From assembly GCF_009834535.1 (NCBI RefSeq), contig NC_045701.1:31806001-31870000 (forward strand): DNA of 64,000 nucleotides. The letters run 5' to 3'. The stretch comes from Camelus ferus (taxonomy: Eukaryota). Shown one piece after another: positions 1 to 13,582 of the stretch (positions are counted from its first letter, which is position 1; the number at the start of each line of letters is the position of its first letter). Both the position numbers and the translations under genes were made by a program. Under the pieces are notes generated by a model that saw nothing but the letters and a program-made list of their open reading frames with translations, was not told the DNA's origin and searched no databases.

Positions 1-1700
<1,700 letters not shown>

Positions 1701-3269
1701 GGACTGTGGGAGTGAGGAAGAGGGACTGATACAGAAGTGGTGAGCCAGGGAGAGAGAAGAAAAGTAGACACATAGAGAGGTTCAGAGACGCGTAAGTAAA
1801 GAGCCCAGAAAGGCTAGGAAGCCCATTTAGAGAGGTGGTGGAAGACAGGTATGGAAAGAAAGGAGAGCCATACGGACCATAGGGGATCGTGGGTGGTGCT
1901 GAATAGACCAAAAAAAAAAGACAAATTTGTGTTAAGTCCATAGGAAATGAGAGAAACAGGTATGCTGCAATAAAAAGACAACGTTTTGAACCGCAAGCTC
2001 TGTAACGGGAGGGAAGGAACTTTAGTATGTACGTAAAAGGAGCGAGGAAAAGGCTTGAGGCTGACTCTACCTTCAGGGTAGGACAGATAGAGGGATAGAT
2101 AGACACCCCCTGGTGTTGGGAAGTGAGATTTTTTAGCAAATGTTTCAGGTAACTGGGGATAGAGGCCTGATTTTAGGGCTCACCTGCGCCTCCCCCTTGG
2201 TTGGCCCACAGGAGACTGGTGATAAAGAGCAAGTAGTAACTTAAAAGGAAAAAAAAAATAGTCACTTAGAGGAGATAGCAAGTGAAACTGATCAAGGTGA
2301 AAAAGGAAAAGAGGCTGATCTTGGCCATTACTAGGAGGATCAGGAATAAGGATAAGAGGAAGCTGGGGCTGAAGCTGAACATAGCTAATTAAATATCAGC
2401 CAACTGATTTTGCCAGACTAGCACATCGGGGGCACGAGGTGGAGGGCGGTGGGGGCTGGGAGGGGAACAGGGAAGGAAAATGACTCCTTTGTATTTAGAT
2501 AGTAAATTAGTATGAAAATTATATGCAAACATATCATGCATATAACTTTCATCTCAACATTTTGAACACCTTTTATAATCCTAGTGTAGCCTTAGGGAGT
2601 GGGGAAGGAAAGGAGGTTAGTATCTTTGGGGAAATTAATTTGGCACAAACTATTTGGCTTCTCTGTCCTAGCCACATTGCCTCCCTGACCTCATCTCTCC
2701 TGAGAATTAGCCTCTCTGTTTCCCTGGTCAGGCCTACAGCTTTTCTCTGATCCAGAGGAGATTTTACCATCAGACTAGAAGCGGGGAGGACTGAAAGCAT
2801 TAATAACAGAGGGGAGTGATCAGGTTGCATCCACAACCTGCTGTGAGCAATGTCTTCAGAATCAACCATAAGGTTTTCCCTCCTTTCCTGTCTCCAGATG
2901 AGGGAAGAGAACCTGGATTCTTCCTTCCAGTTACTGACATCCTCTAATATTTGGGAGCTTTGCTCCTTTCAGGTTAGGATGGGAGAGTAAATCTTATGAA
3001 AAGTTGAGACGAGACGCCATTAAAGGAGGCCCACCTAGGAGCTGGTGGTGACATCAGTGGGCAGAGTTGGGATCAACACTGTGTTTTCAGGGAGTGCACA
3101 GGAAGCAGACACAGTGAAGGGGAGGGGTGCACATTCAGGTATGCTCCTGTGGTGCTCACAGCCTTAGAGGAACCACTCCATAGTCTGCACTGGAGCCAGG
3201 AGCTCCACAGGCCCTATTCTCCATCCCCAGAACTTTAATTAGGCTCTGTATACACAGATGACTCCCTAG

Positions 3270-4245
3270 TCTGTATCTCTAGCCCACACTTTCTTGGACT
3301 TCAAAATCCAGCTGACAACTAGCATCTCCACTTGGTTGTCTCAAAGACACACAACATCCTAAACTGACCTCACCTTCCCTGCTGCCCCAAACTGGCTCCT
3401 CCAGCATTTCCTGAGTAAATGGCACTACTAACCACTTAGCTACTTAAGCCAGAAACTTGAACATCAACCTTAATGTCCTCCTCCCTTAACCCCAAATCCA
3501 ACCAAGTCCTATCACCAAGTTCTGTCAATTCTGCTTCCAAAATATCTTTCAAATCTGTCCTTGCCTTATCACCGCTAAAGCTATCAGGCCCCCATCTTTT
3601 CTCCCCTGGACCTCTGCAAAAGTCTCCCTGCTGAGACTTTCTCCCTCCCATCCATGTCACACCCTGAGGTCAAGTGATTCTTCTAAAACACAAAACTGAC
3701 CATCCTGTCTCCCAGGTTGAAACCTGTCAGTGATTTCTCGCTGCCTTGAACTAAGTAAAGTCTATACCCTTTAAGATATTTAACAGGGTCTCTCTACCCC
3801 TCCAGCCTTTTCTCTTAGCTTCCCCCTCTTCCCAAACGGTTCTGCAATAGAATTGCACCTTGTCTGTGCTCTTTTGCCTCTGGACTTTTGTACTTGCTCT
3901 GGACTTTTGTCCCTAGGTTTGGAACATTCTCTTTGCCTTCCTTTCCCTCATGGTTAACTCCTTCCCATCTTTCAGGTATCAGTTTAAACACTTTTGAGAA
4001 GCTTTTCCAGACCACCAGAGCTGGTTAGCTACCCCCGTGCTATACAGCCACTGCACCCTACACTCCCCCATCATCACCTTTCTCACAATTCATTTCATTG
4101 CCTACTTACATGCCTGGCTTCCTGACTAGACACTGAAACCTCTGATCAGCATCTCACCTGATCAACAGTGTGTCCATAGCACCTAGCACGGTACCTGACA
4201 CCTAGTAAGCAATCAAAATCTGTGGTATGACTGACTGAATGAACA
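3270..4245. mobile_element. Degenerate L2 fragment(s)
   Basis: L2-like text ending ...cctagcacggtacctgacacctagtaagcaatcaaaatctgtggtatgactgactgaatgaa. Similar L2/MIR decay at about 18140-19100, 25130-25370, 39640-40150, 49540-49730, 51940-52140 and 53520-53880. Confidence 0.55.
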
Positions 4246-4343
4246 GAGAGCCATGCTTACTTCTCAGTCCATCCTAGTGCACACATTTTGTGTGCAAGCG
4301 TGTGTGTGCATTCTAAATGCATGCTTGTGTACGCATGTGTGCA

Positions 4344-4344
<1 letters not shown>

Positions 4345-4386
<42 letters not shown>
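4345..4386. repeat. (AC)21 microsatellite
   Basis: Read directly. Confidence 0.95.
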
Positions 4387-4388
<2 letters not shown>

Positions 4389-5120
4389 CATCCTCAAAAT
4401 TCAGCTTGGCTGACAGGACTAAGAAATAGCTACAAAGCCATGTATACTGCTTGGTCACATGGTGGAAAAGCAACTGCTGGTGGGACGGGGAACTCTTTAA
4501 GTCTTAATTTCCTCATGTGTAAGATGGGGATAATAAAAGCTTCCGTATAGAATTCAATAAACAACAGCTATTCTATCTAGATCCCAGTTCCCAAATAGGG
4601 TTGGAGACTGTGCTCTGCTTAGCTGAATCAAGCCCATGACTGACACTGTCCACCAGGTGGCAGTATTACCCCGGTCTGGTCCTGTGCAGCTTCCACTGCA
4701 GAGCAAGACCAGCAGCGTCAGGGGGAAGCAGGTAAAACCAGGGCTGCTTCCCCAGAGCTTTGAGCTAAACCCGGAGAAAAAACAACTCAGAGACCAGGGA
4801 GTGTGTCAAGAAGGCCTCCTGTTTCTTTGACCCATCCTCCTCCTCTCATCCTGGGCTCCTCTGAGGCACTGTTTATGCTTAGGAATAAGCATTTTCTGGC
4901 TTGCCCTTCATGATGAGGAGAGTTTCCCCCCTTCTAGATCAGTCTGTTTATCCCACCAGAGCTGTCAACTTCCACTTCCAGTGGAGACTGTGTTAAGAAG
5001 AGAGGCAGATTTGCTCTCACAGGCTGCAGAAGACATCTTGTTATTCTGGGGAGCCCCGTGGCCACCCATTTCGGGGACATGGAGAGTGGCGGATGGCAGA
5101 GTTATTCTTGGTTATACCTG

Positions 5121-5540
5121 TCACTCATCCTTTTCCACCTTGATTTCAATGAACGAGTTCAAGTCAGGACAGCAGGTTTTGTGGGGTGCATCAAAAGATG
5201 GGGAGATGGGTCCATTCTCATCCCCTCCCTCATCCTCCTCTTCTTGGAAATTAGGATTGTACAGTTCTGGTGGAAGGAGCTGGGCCTCAGCGGAAGGTAA
5301 GCGATCTGAGGGAGGCCCATACACACGGTTGGCTTTAGTGCCATGCTTAGAGTTGGCATCCAGGTGGTAGCAGAGCTGTGTGAGGCGCTGGGCCCGGAAA
5401 CGGGGAGGCCGGGCCACCCAGACCCCTGGCTCATTAAGACTGTCCTCTTCATCTGACATCAGCTCCTCCGTCACATCCTTCCACAGACGTTGGTCCTCGG
5501 GGCCGAAATGCCTCATGATGCTGGATCGGTTGGCGAAAAG
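5121..5540 (-). CDS. C14orf93: C14orf93 last coding exon
   Basis: AAG|LFANRSSIMRHFGPEDQRLW...KVEKDE*; TGA at 5123-5121. Confidence 0.95.
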   Translation of the reverse strand, partial: LFANRSSIMRHFGPEDQRLWKDVTEELMSDEEDSLNEPGVWVARPPRFRAQRLTQLCYHLDANSKHGTKANRVYGPPSDRLPSAEAQLLPPELYNPNFQEEEDEGGDENGPISPSFDAPHKTCCPDLNSFIEIKVEKDE

Positions 5541-8500
5541 CTTTGGGAGGAGCCCAGGACAGAGATTAGAAAGAGCAACAACCTATGTATTAGGTTTGGG
5601 GAGAGGGTTTGGGTGGGAGGAAGGCTGGGTAAAATCTGTGCCTGAGAGAACCAAGTTCTCAAGAAAACCCAAGTCAGTTCTTAGAACTGGCTCCCCCCGC
5701 ACACACACCTCCATTCCTAGATCTACCCTGTTCTCGATGCCACGTCCTCTGGCCCTTTCGCACTGTGGTTTATCAGGGTTTAGAGTTTAGCGTCTTGAAA
5801 GGAAAGCCTAGAGACCTACCCGGTATCTGCGACTTCGAAGTTTCTTCTCCTCTTTTTCCTTCAGGCCTTTAAAGGGGTTCAGGGAGTTGCGGTACTCACG
5901 CCTCTTAGTCAGGAAGTAGGCTACACAGGCTCCTGGTGGGGAGGGAGAAGGGAGGCAGCAAAAAGCAGGGTCCTCAGCCCTTATTTTTGCTCTCACACTC
6001 CTGGATGGGATGGGTGAGAACCACCACTTAGACGAAGGGCTTTCTGGCCATACCCATCAGCCTTTGTCCATTCCTCTCTGGCTGAGCTCCCTCTGCCCCC
6101 TCCATCCCAACACAAACTCTTCCAGCTAGAAAAAGCCCACTCCAGTGCTCCCGTCTCTCCCTTCACTCACCCGCCATCAAACCTACCCCCATTCTACTCG
6201 GCTGACAGCAGGTAACAAGTACTTTTTCAGTAGAAATTTTCTTCAGGCTACAGACAAATAACAGAAGAGCCAGGAAAGTAGAAAACCCAGGATATAGTAT
6301 CTGAGGACCAAAAGGCAGGCCTGGATTCGGACGTCCTTTTCATAACCCCCTAGATTCAGGCCCTGAATAAGCATCGTGCATGATGGCATTCTAGCCCTTT
6401 CCTTCTCCCATTTTTTTTTCCCACTGAGGAGGGGGATAAATGGCAATTAGGGACAATCCTGTGAATATTGTAGGAGAGAAGAACAGCCAAAACCAATTTC
6501 ACCAAGTCCACTATTTTCAAAACCACCTAACTCAGCTCCATTATGCCTCTTCTCCTCTGGCCAGGGGCAGGGGATGGAGAAAGGTTGGGAGTTAACTCAG
6601 TTTTTCTCACCTTTCAGCTCCTTATCAGTGTAATTGTGGGGGCTGGTTACCAGCTCCTGCCTGAGCTTTTCCAGAAGGAACTTCACTACTGAAATATTCC
6701 AAGAGGACTTGATGCTGTCACAAGAGAAGACAGTGAATAAGGCAGTCGGCTTTTTAAAAGCTAGACGGACAGATTCCCAGCACGAACCAACTTTGTGGCA
6801 AATTCCTCCATGGCCTGAGACAGGCTACATGGGGCAGTGGTGAGACCGAAGCCTTAGCCTCGCTGTCATGCTGGAGCAGCGCCCTCTACTCCCCTCTCCT
6901 TACAAAGTAGTTACGATTCTTTTCCCTCGAGAGGATCATACCTTTCAGACCCATTGAATCTCTTGTCATTGGTGATGTGGTTATGCACATTGTGGACCAA
7001 TTTCTAGGGGAAACAAACAAACAAACACAGAATCAAGCCAGGAGCAAATATGATGAAACCCTCCTCTGGTCCCTAGGCACCATCCAGATGGGGTTCTCTG
7101 CCCAAGTCCTGCTCATAGTCTAGGTACCATTTCTGTTGATGCCTTTTCTTAACCAAAGAGCCTATCCAAGTTAGTATTTATAACTAATAAATACCCCCCT
7201 CTTTTTTTTTTATTTTCATTTAATTTGTGTGGAGCCTTCAGGATTACCCCTGGTCTTACTTCTGCTCCCAGAGAATATGATCACTAGAGCAGAGGGTTTC
7301 AAACATTACCACAAACATACTCCTAGTAGCAAGGAGAGAGCAAATATATACTAGGGCTATTGCAAGTGGACACTACTTGAAGCCCTCTACTCTTACAAAT
7401 TTAAAACATTTCTTCATAGTGTATCTGTATGTCTTCTAAGATCTGCTAGTAAAATCAGTGACCCAGGAAGATGCCCCAGATATAGCCCTTTGCACATTAC
7501 CACAAATCCCAGGGGCCCCCACATTATGGTCCAAAAAAACGCAAACCTGAAATAAAAGAAATGTGAAATGGAAGGGACTTTGGAGACTCTGTCACCCGAC
7601 CTCCCTTTCACATCATGAAGCCGGCTGTCTTTCAGCTTTGCTGGTACACCTTTCATGATGGGTTCTCGCTCATTTTTGACTCAGCTCATTCTACTGTTGA
7701 ACATCTCTAATTGTTAAAAAGTTCTGCCTTAGATTCTTCGAAATCTGATCCCAGTTTTGCCATAGCGATACCTGAAATATCTGAAGACAGCCTTCACGTG
7801 CTCCCCAAGTCTTCTCTTATCTGCGCTAAACACCCCTAGCCCTTCAGCCATGCCTCTTGACATAGTTTCTAGACGGACTCCTCATGAGACTGTGAGGCTC
7901 TCGGGTTTGCCAAGTGTTCCTCTTACAACATGGCACCAGGAACCAAATCTAACTCATCCGTTGAGGTCTGGCCAAAGGGAGCATTACTTCCCTGAGTGGA
8001 ACGCTACACTTCTAGGAATGAAACCCAAGAGGCTGTTACCTTTCTTAGCACTCGCATCCCTACTCACAGCACCACAGGGTTCATTCATAGTGAGCTTGTA
8101 GTCAGCTCAAGTCCATTTTTCACATGGATTACTATCTCCACCATGCTGCAACTTCTTTTCTTTCTCTTTTTTTCTTTCTCTCTCTCTCTTTTTTAACTTT
8201 AATGTGGGATTTTGGATTTTATGTTTCTTCCTATTAAATTTAGTTTTGTTGTTTCTGATTACATCTTGACCCCAAGGTCCTTCAGTCAGTGGAAATGACC
8301 CAATCCCAAATTGGTGGACTCATATCCTGATCTCAGGACTTCAGCTTCATATTCAGAAATGCCTATCCCTATGGCTGACTGACCATATCGACTTAGGAAA
8401 TCACTGTTAATTCTTTATGGCTAGGGTCTCCACTCCATAAAAAAGACTTGTACTAGCTTCATATTTGATATAATTATTTCACCTCTTAGAAGTCCAAACT

Positions 8501-11500
8501 TAAGGAATCACAAGAGGATGGGTGACTGCTTCAGAAAGAATTTGAAAGAGTTGGGGAAAAAAAGAAAGAAAGAAAGAAAAGAAAAAGCAGGGGAGTTGCA
8601 TAGCTTCCAATTCAAGTGGCTTGGAAGAGATCAGCTGATGAAAATCAAACCAGGCTTGAAGTGGAAAGGAAAAATAGACAATAATAAGTGTTAAGAGTAT
8701 AAAGGCTGCTGGCTCACCTACTTCCCGAGTGAGCTAAAAATACATAATTTCCCCAATGGGTGGCTGGGATCTGCAGCAGTCCAAGGAATTAAGATTCTGA
8801 TTTGGTCCTTTTGGATCCCTAGCTGCAACCCACAGCAGCTTCAGCAGACTGGAGAGATGCCTCTCTGATTCCTTCCCAGAGCAAAAGTTTGGAACAATGA
8901 AAACCTGCAACCATCCCTCTCCCGCTAAACCCACAGACTAACACAAGAACCTTTTCTATGTTTCTCTGTGATGGGCAGCAAGATTCCCTGACTGGTCCTC
9001 TAGACCCCTGGCCAGTACTGTAACAGAGAGCATGATAATTGAGCATGCTGTCCTCCCAGAAGGTCCCTGGTTCCACCGAGCTCTTCAAAGGGCAGGAAGA
9101 AGCCAGGCCCCATCACTAGACCTCTTGCTGGAGGCAGTAGGCAAGAGAGGAATGGAAGTGATCAAACAAAAATGATCTGCCCTGATTTTATGCAGATTAT
9201 AGTTGTTACACATTTATTCATGATTTAAAAACTATGAGGTTTTGGGAAATCCCTTGAAATGTATTTCCAAGTATAAGCTTCCATTTCTATCACTGGCAAT
9301 AAGAGTGCCCTCTTGGGCTAGAAATCCATGACAGAGAAACTAAATCTATTCCCTGTTGTTTTTTTTTTTTTTAAATGGAGCTACTGGGGATTGAACCCAG
9401 GACCTCGTGCATGCTGAGCGTGTGCTCCACCACTTGAGCTATGCCCTTCCCCATATTCTCCGTTCTTCATAAGTGACATGTCCCTGAACATTACCAAAAT
9501 TTGAAATGAAAGTTAGAAACCAGTTGATACTGATTATGAATGGTGTCTTACTTCCCAAGGGGGGGGGGGAAGAACCCCTGAATGTAAAAACAAATCAAGC
9601 AAAAGGGAGAGTAAAAATAGGACCTCTTAGAAAAAGGAAGATAGAGTAATATAAATAAAGAAAGTATAAATGATAATCAGCCATTTTCAATCTTTACTAA
9701 GACTGTAACAAGAAGAAATGAGCTATATTCTATGATGAGACTTTGCTGAATATTGGTGGTGACCTCCACTGTTAATCAGAACTCTCAAGTTACCTCAGCC
9801 ATTATCCAGAGAATGGAAACCCATTACAGTCAACATGAACATTGTATAGCTAAAGAGCATCCCCATGGTTATGAGAGAGATGTTTTAGGGGACAGAGCTG
9901 ATCCCAAGGTCTGTGGTCACCCTAGAACAGGGTTTCTCAATCTCGGTACTATTGACATTTTAGGCTGGATAACGGTGGGGGGTGGCATCCTGTACACTGT
10001 AGGATGTTTAGTGATGTTCCCAGGGCTCTAAGCCACTCCAAGACTTCAGGTAGAACTAGTTCAGGCCAGTATCTTCCCTGCCAAGAGCTCTTAGAATCTC
10101 TAGAATTTCCAAACCTTTATACCTGAGCTGAGTGTCTAGTGGCCTTCTGTATCTTTGGGATGTGGGACCACCTCAGGACACCTTGGCCTTTCTGCCCAAG
10201 GGACCCCTTGCCGCTTACCCTAAACACTGATAATTGGCAGGCAGTTTCCAGTGCTACCTGCCGCAGTCAGTCTGCTCAATCCCTTAAAGATCCTCCCATC
10301 AGGATTATGAGATCACTGGGAGATGTGATATAATTCCCTTATCTTCAAATGGAAGATATCGATCTATATCCACTGAGAGCCGGGGACTGCCTGTCCCCGG
10401 GGCTACAGATCAGCCTGTCTCCTTCTTGCCCCTCTAGCTCCAGCAGGATTCAGGGTACCATTCATCCAATATAGGAGTTATAAAATCAACCCACACGCCA
10501 CTCTTCACTTCTCTCTCCAGACTGAAGAGAAATGTATAGAAATTGAGCTCACTCACAGAGAGGACCAGATCCCGCTTGCGCCTGGAGTTCTTCTGCCCAC
10601 TCCCTCTGGTCCTGCATGGGGAAGCAGTAAACCCGAGAGACTGTCTCAGCTCCCCAGCGCCCCCAGGGCCTGGCTCTTCCAAGGCACCTTCCAGTGCAGC
10701 AGCAGCACTGAGCACGTCCTCTGGGCGGGGTGGTGGCAATTTGGTTCCATTTTCCAGCCCTGTCTCTGAGGTTGCCCGCTGGATAGCCAGTTGTGTGGCT
10801 GGCGAAAGCTGCTTGGCATAAGCAGGGACCAGCACCCGCTGTACTGCACCCTCAGAGGCCACGTAATCATCCACCAGCTAGGAACACAAAAAAGAACAGC
10901 CTGTTAGCCAGCCAGCCAGGCTCAGGGGAACCTGGTCAACCATCATTCTTTGGCTAAGTATAGTGAGCAGGGAGTGGGAAGCTGGGGGAAATCCAGCACA
11001 GTCTTTAGTGGTCAATGGCTTGTTTCTGTGGGGCTCTGTCTGATGGCAGCATGGGGCAAAGATTTTTTTATGGGTACCCAGCCTCTTATGTCCGGTCATT
11101 ACCATAGGACTGACTACAAGGACAGGGCATGTTTCTGATGCTCCATTTGTGAGCAGTCATTTACAATTTGCTCTTGAGTATCAGAAATGTAGCTAGGTAA
11201 GGGTTTTATCTGAAAGAGATCAGGGGAGGAAGTGATGACAAGAAAGGAAAACCAACCAAGAGAAGGAACAAGAAAATCAAATGATGACAGCAATAAAGAG
11301 GAGAAATAGGACAAAAATGGGAGCCAAGGAGGCAGATATAAAGCCAGAAATCTCTAGAGGTTGCCACTGCCTGCGCCTAGCCCTTTTTCCCTTTGCAGGG
11401 CCAGTGTGTGCCCTCATCTTGACCCTGCCCTGGCCACATCTGACTGTCACTGCCCTGACATCTGCTTGCCGGCCTATGCCCTCACTCAAGGACATACAGG

Positions 11501-13582
11501 ACAGGGAAAGGAAGGAGGGAGGATGGGAGAGAGGGAGGAAGAAAGGAGGGGAGATTTCTGCAGCCAAGAAAACAAAACAGTGAAAGTGGGGGAAAAAACA
11601 CAGAAAGAAGCGGGGGAGGAGGCTGAGATTTATAGACCTGCGAGCTGCTTTCTGTGCTGTGAAATCTAATTCCATCCTGTCAGGCTTGGAAGCCTTCCCT
11701 GCCTGAAAGAACCACAACTCAGGGCATTGCCTGGCCTGGTACCTCCCTGCCTCCTCCCACCTTCCCAGCTCCTCCTCCTGCAGCCCCAAACCACAGGGAG
11801 TCCCAGCAGGGCACAGACTGGGGCGAGCCTCAGGGGCCATCACCCACGGAGGTGGCTAGGCCTTCCAGCAGCAGTGATCAACAGCTGGGTGACCCTGCAG
11901 CGGGACATTCCTTCCTCAGATCCAGCAAATGGGTGGGAGTCGCATCCCTCCCGTCCACCCCGTGTGTTCCGCTGCTCTACTCTTTGCTAGGTGTCTGGGA
12001 CTTGCCGTGGGGTGGGGGGGAGCGGGCAGAGGGAGGACGCGGGGGAGGGGAGCTGACAGGCCTCCCACTGTCTCTCAAGTGGCAGCACATCTGTTCGTCT
12101 CCCATCCCTGTGATCTCCAGGGTTGCTCCATCTCCTTTTCATACTTCCATGTGTGACATTCGGCAGCTTTTACTCTGCTCAGCCAGGATTCTCCTGCTCA
12201 TATGGCCCTGAGCAGTAAAGAAGCTGAAATAGCCAAGTGCACTTCTAGGTCTTTCTTTGCTCACAAAATAGGCCCATTTCCTTCCCTCTTTCTCCCTGCA
12301 TGTCGTTATCCTCTTACTGTTAACTCTCCACTGTCCATTTCCTTTCCTCGTTTTGTTTCCTCGCCTCCACCTCTCCCACCTTACCTCATAGTCTCACTTG
12401 CATCAAATTCTCTTTCCATTTAGGTTCACCTTTCTTCTCTGCTCTTTTCCCCCACTTTCTCTCCTTCCTCAGCCCTTCGTTCCACCTACCTCCTTCCCTC
12501 CCTACACCTGTCGGCTATTATCTTTATCCTCTTCCTCTCAATCCCCCACCCCACCCCGCCTCTGCCTCTCTCTCCTCCACATCTCCATCTCTCTCGTAAT
12601 CCTGAATTCCTCTTGGCAAACAGAGGGCCCGCGATAAAATATGAATGAGCCGTCTGTGCACGGCAGGCATCCTCGCCAGGAGAGGCAGAGCCCGTGGAGC
12701 AGCCGAGGCAGCTGTGGAGAAGGTACCACGCAGAGAGACAGAGAGGGAGCGCAGGGCAGCCCCGCCACCACTCACGCCAGCAACGACCTTCTGCGAAAGA
12801 GGCGAGGGTGCCGAAGAAAACAGGAGTGCTGACGCTCCCTGAAGGCAGAGGAAACGTGGTACCGCTCTGTTTTATCACGGATTCAACCGAAAGAAAGGTG
12901 TGAGGATGGAAAGAAGAGAGAGGAGAGAGGCCAGGAAAAGCACTAGGGGGCAGCCCCACTGTGTCCTGCGCGTACTCACAGGGTTGAGCATCGCGGGCCC
13001 CTCGCCGGCGGCCAGGGCGCATCCCGGGAGCCGCACGTCTCTCTGAGCGGCAGGGAAGCCCAAGGGCCCGGGCCCCCCAGCCGAGGCTGCTCCCAGCTGC
13101 CGCAGCTCCTCGATCACCACCTGCACGCCGCTGCCCACGCTGTCACACTCCTCCTCCACGGCCGCCACGGCCCTGCAGGCCTCCCCGGGGCTCTCCTTGA
13201 GAGTCCCGGGCTCCTCGGGCGAGGAACCGTGGGCCCGGCTCTCCCCATCTTCGTCTGGCGCTGACACTTTCCCTTGCCTCAGTTCACCCACTTCCTCCTG
13301 GAGACGTTTTAACAGCTCGTTGTTGGCCCGGGCGAGACCCAGCGCAGCCTCAGCCAGACCCACTGCCTTATCCACCCGCTGGTAGATGATATGCAGGAGC
13401 TGCTCTGAGCTCTGGACGGCCAGGCCGTGTCCAGTCACCGTGATCGGGGTGCTGGCAGGAGGAGGGTTCCCGCCCTGAGAGCCTGTGCTGCCCCCACTAG
13501 TCTCGCCCTTACAGGCACAGCAGCAGCACCTGGCCTCGCTGCCACTGGGAGGGGAGAAGAGGATGGTGGCGCTGAAGGACAT
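5121..13582 (-). CDS. C14orf93: C14orf93 (RTFC) homolog, 540 aa; join 13582-12980, 10877-10557, 7003-6942, 6714-6611, 5932-5820, 5540-5121
   Basis: GCCACC-ATG at 13582. Exon lengths 603+321+62+104+113+420=1623 nt, all GT-AG and phase-consistent. Translation MSFSATILFSPPSGSEARCCCCACK...FIEIKVEKDE matches the remembered human protein. Confidence 0.96.
5820..5932 (-). CDS. C14orf93: C14orf93 coding exon 5
   Basis: CAG|ACVAYFLTKRREYRNSLNPFKGLKEKEEKKLRSRRYR|GTAGGT; 113 nt. Confidence 0.94.
6611..6714 (-). CDS. C14orf93: C14orf93 coding exon 4
   Basis: CAG|IKSSWNISVVKFLLEKLRQELVTSPHNYTDKELK(G)|GTGAGA; 104 nt. Confidence 0.93.
6942..7003 (-). CDS. C14orf93: C14orf93 coding exon 3
   Basis: TAG|KLVHNVHNHITNDKRFNGSE(S)|GTATGA; 62 nt. 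Confidence 0.93.
9355..9452 (-). mobile_element. tRNA-Ala-derived camelid SINE (Vic-1-like)
   Basis: Reverse complement of GGGGAAGGGCATAGCTCAAGTGGTGGAG...CCTGGGTTCAATCCCCAGTAGCTCC plus A tail. Confidence 0.85.
9925..10030. mobile_element. MER20/MER5-like hAT fragment
   Basis: cagggtttctcaatctcggtactattgacatttt...tgtaggatgtttag; family recalled from memory. Confidence 0.6.
10557..10877 (-). CDS. C14orf93: C14orf93 coding exon 2
   Basis: TAG|LVDDYVASEG...RRKRDLVLS|GTGAGT. Confidence 0.95.
12980..13582 (-). CDS. C14orf93: C14orf93 coding exon 1
   Basis: MSFSATILF...PAMLNP; donor CCT|GTGAGT. Confidence 0.95.
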
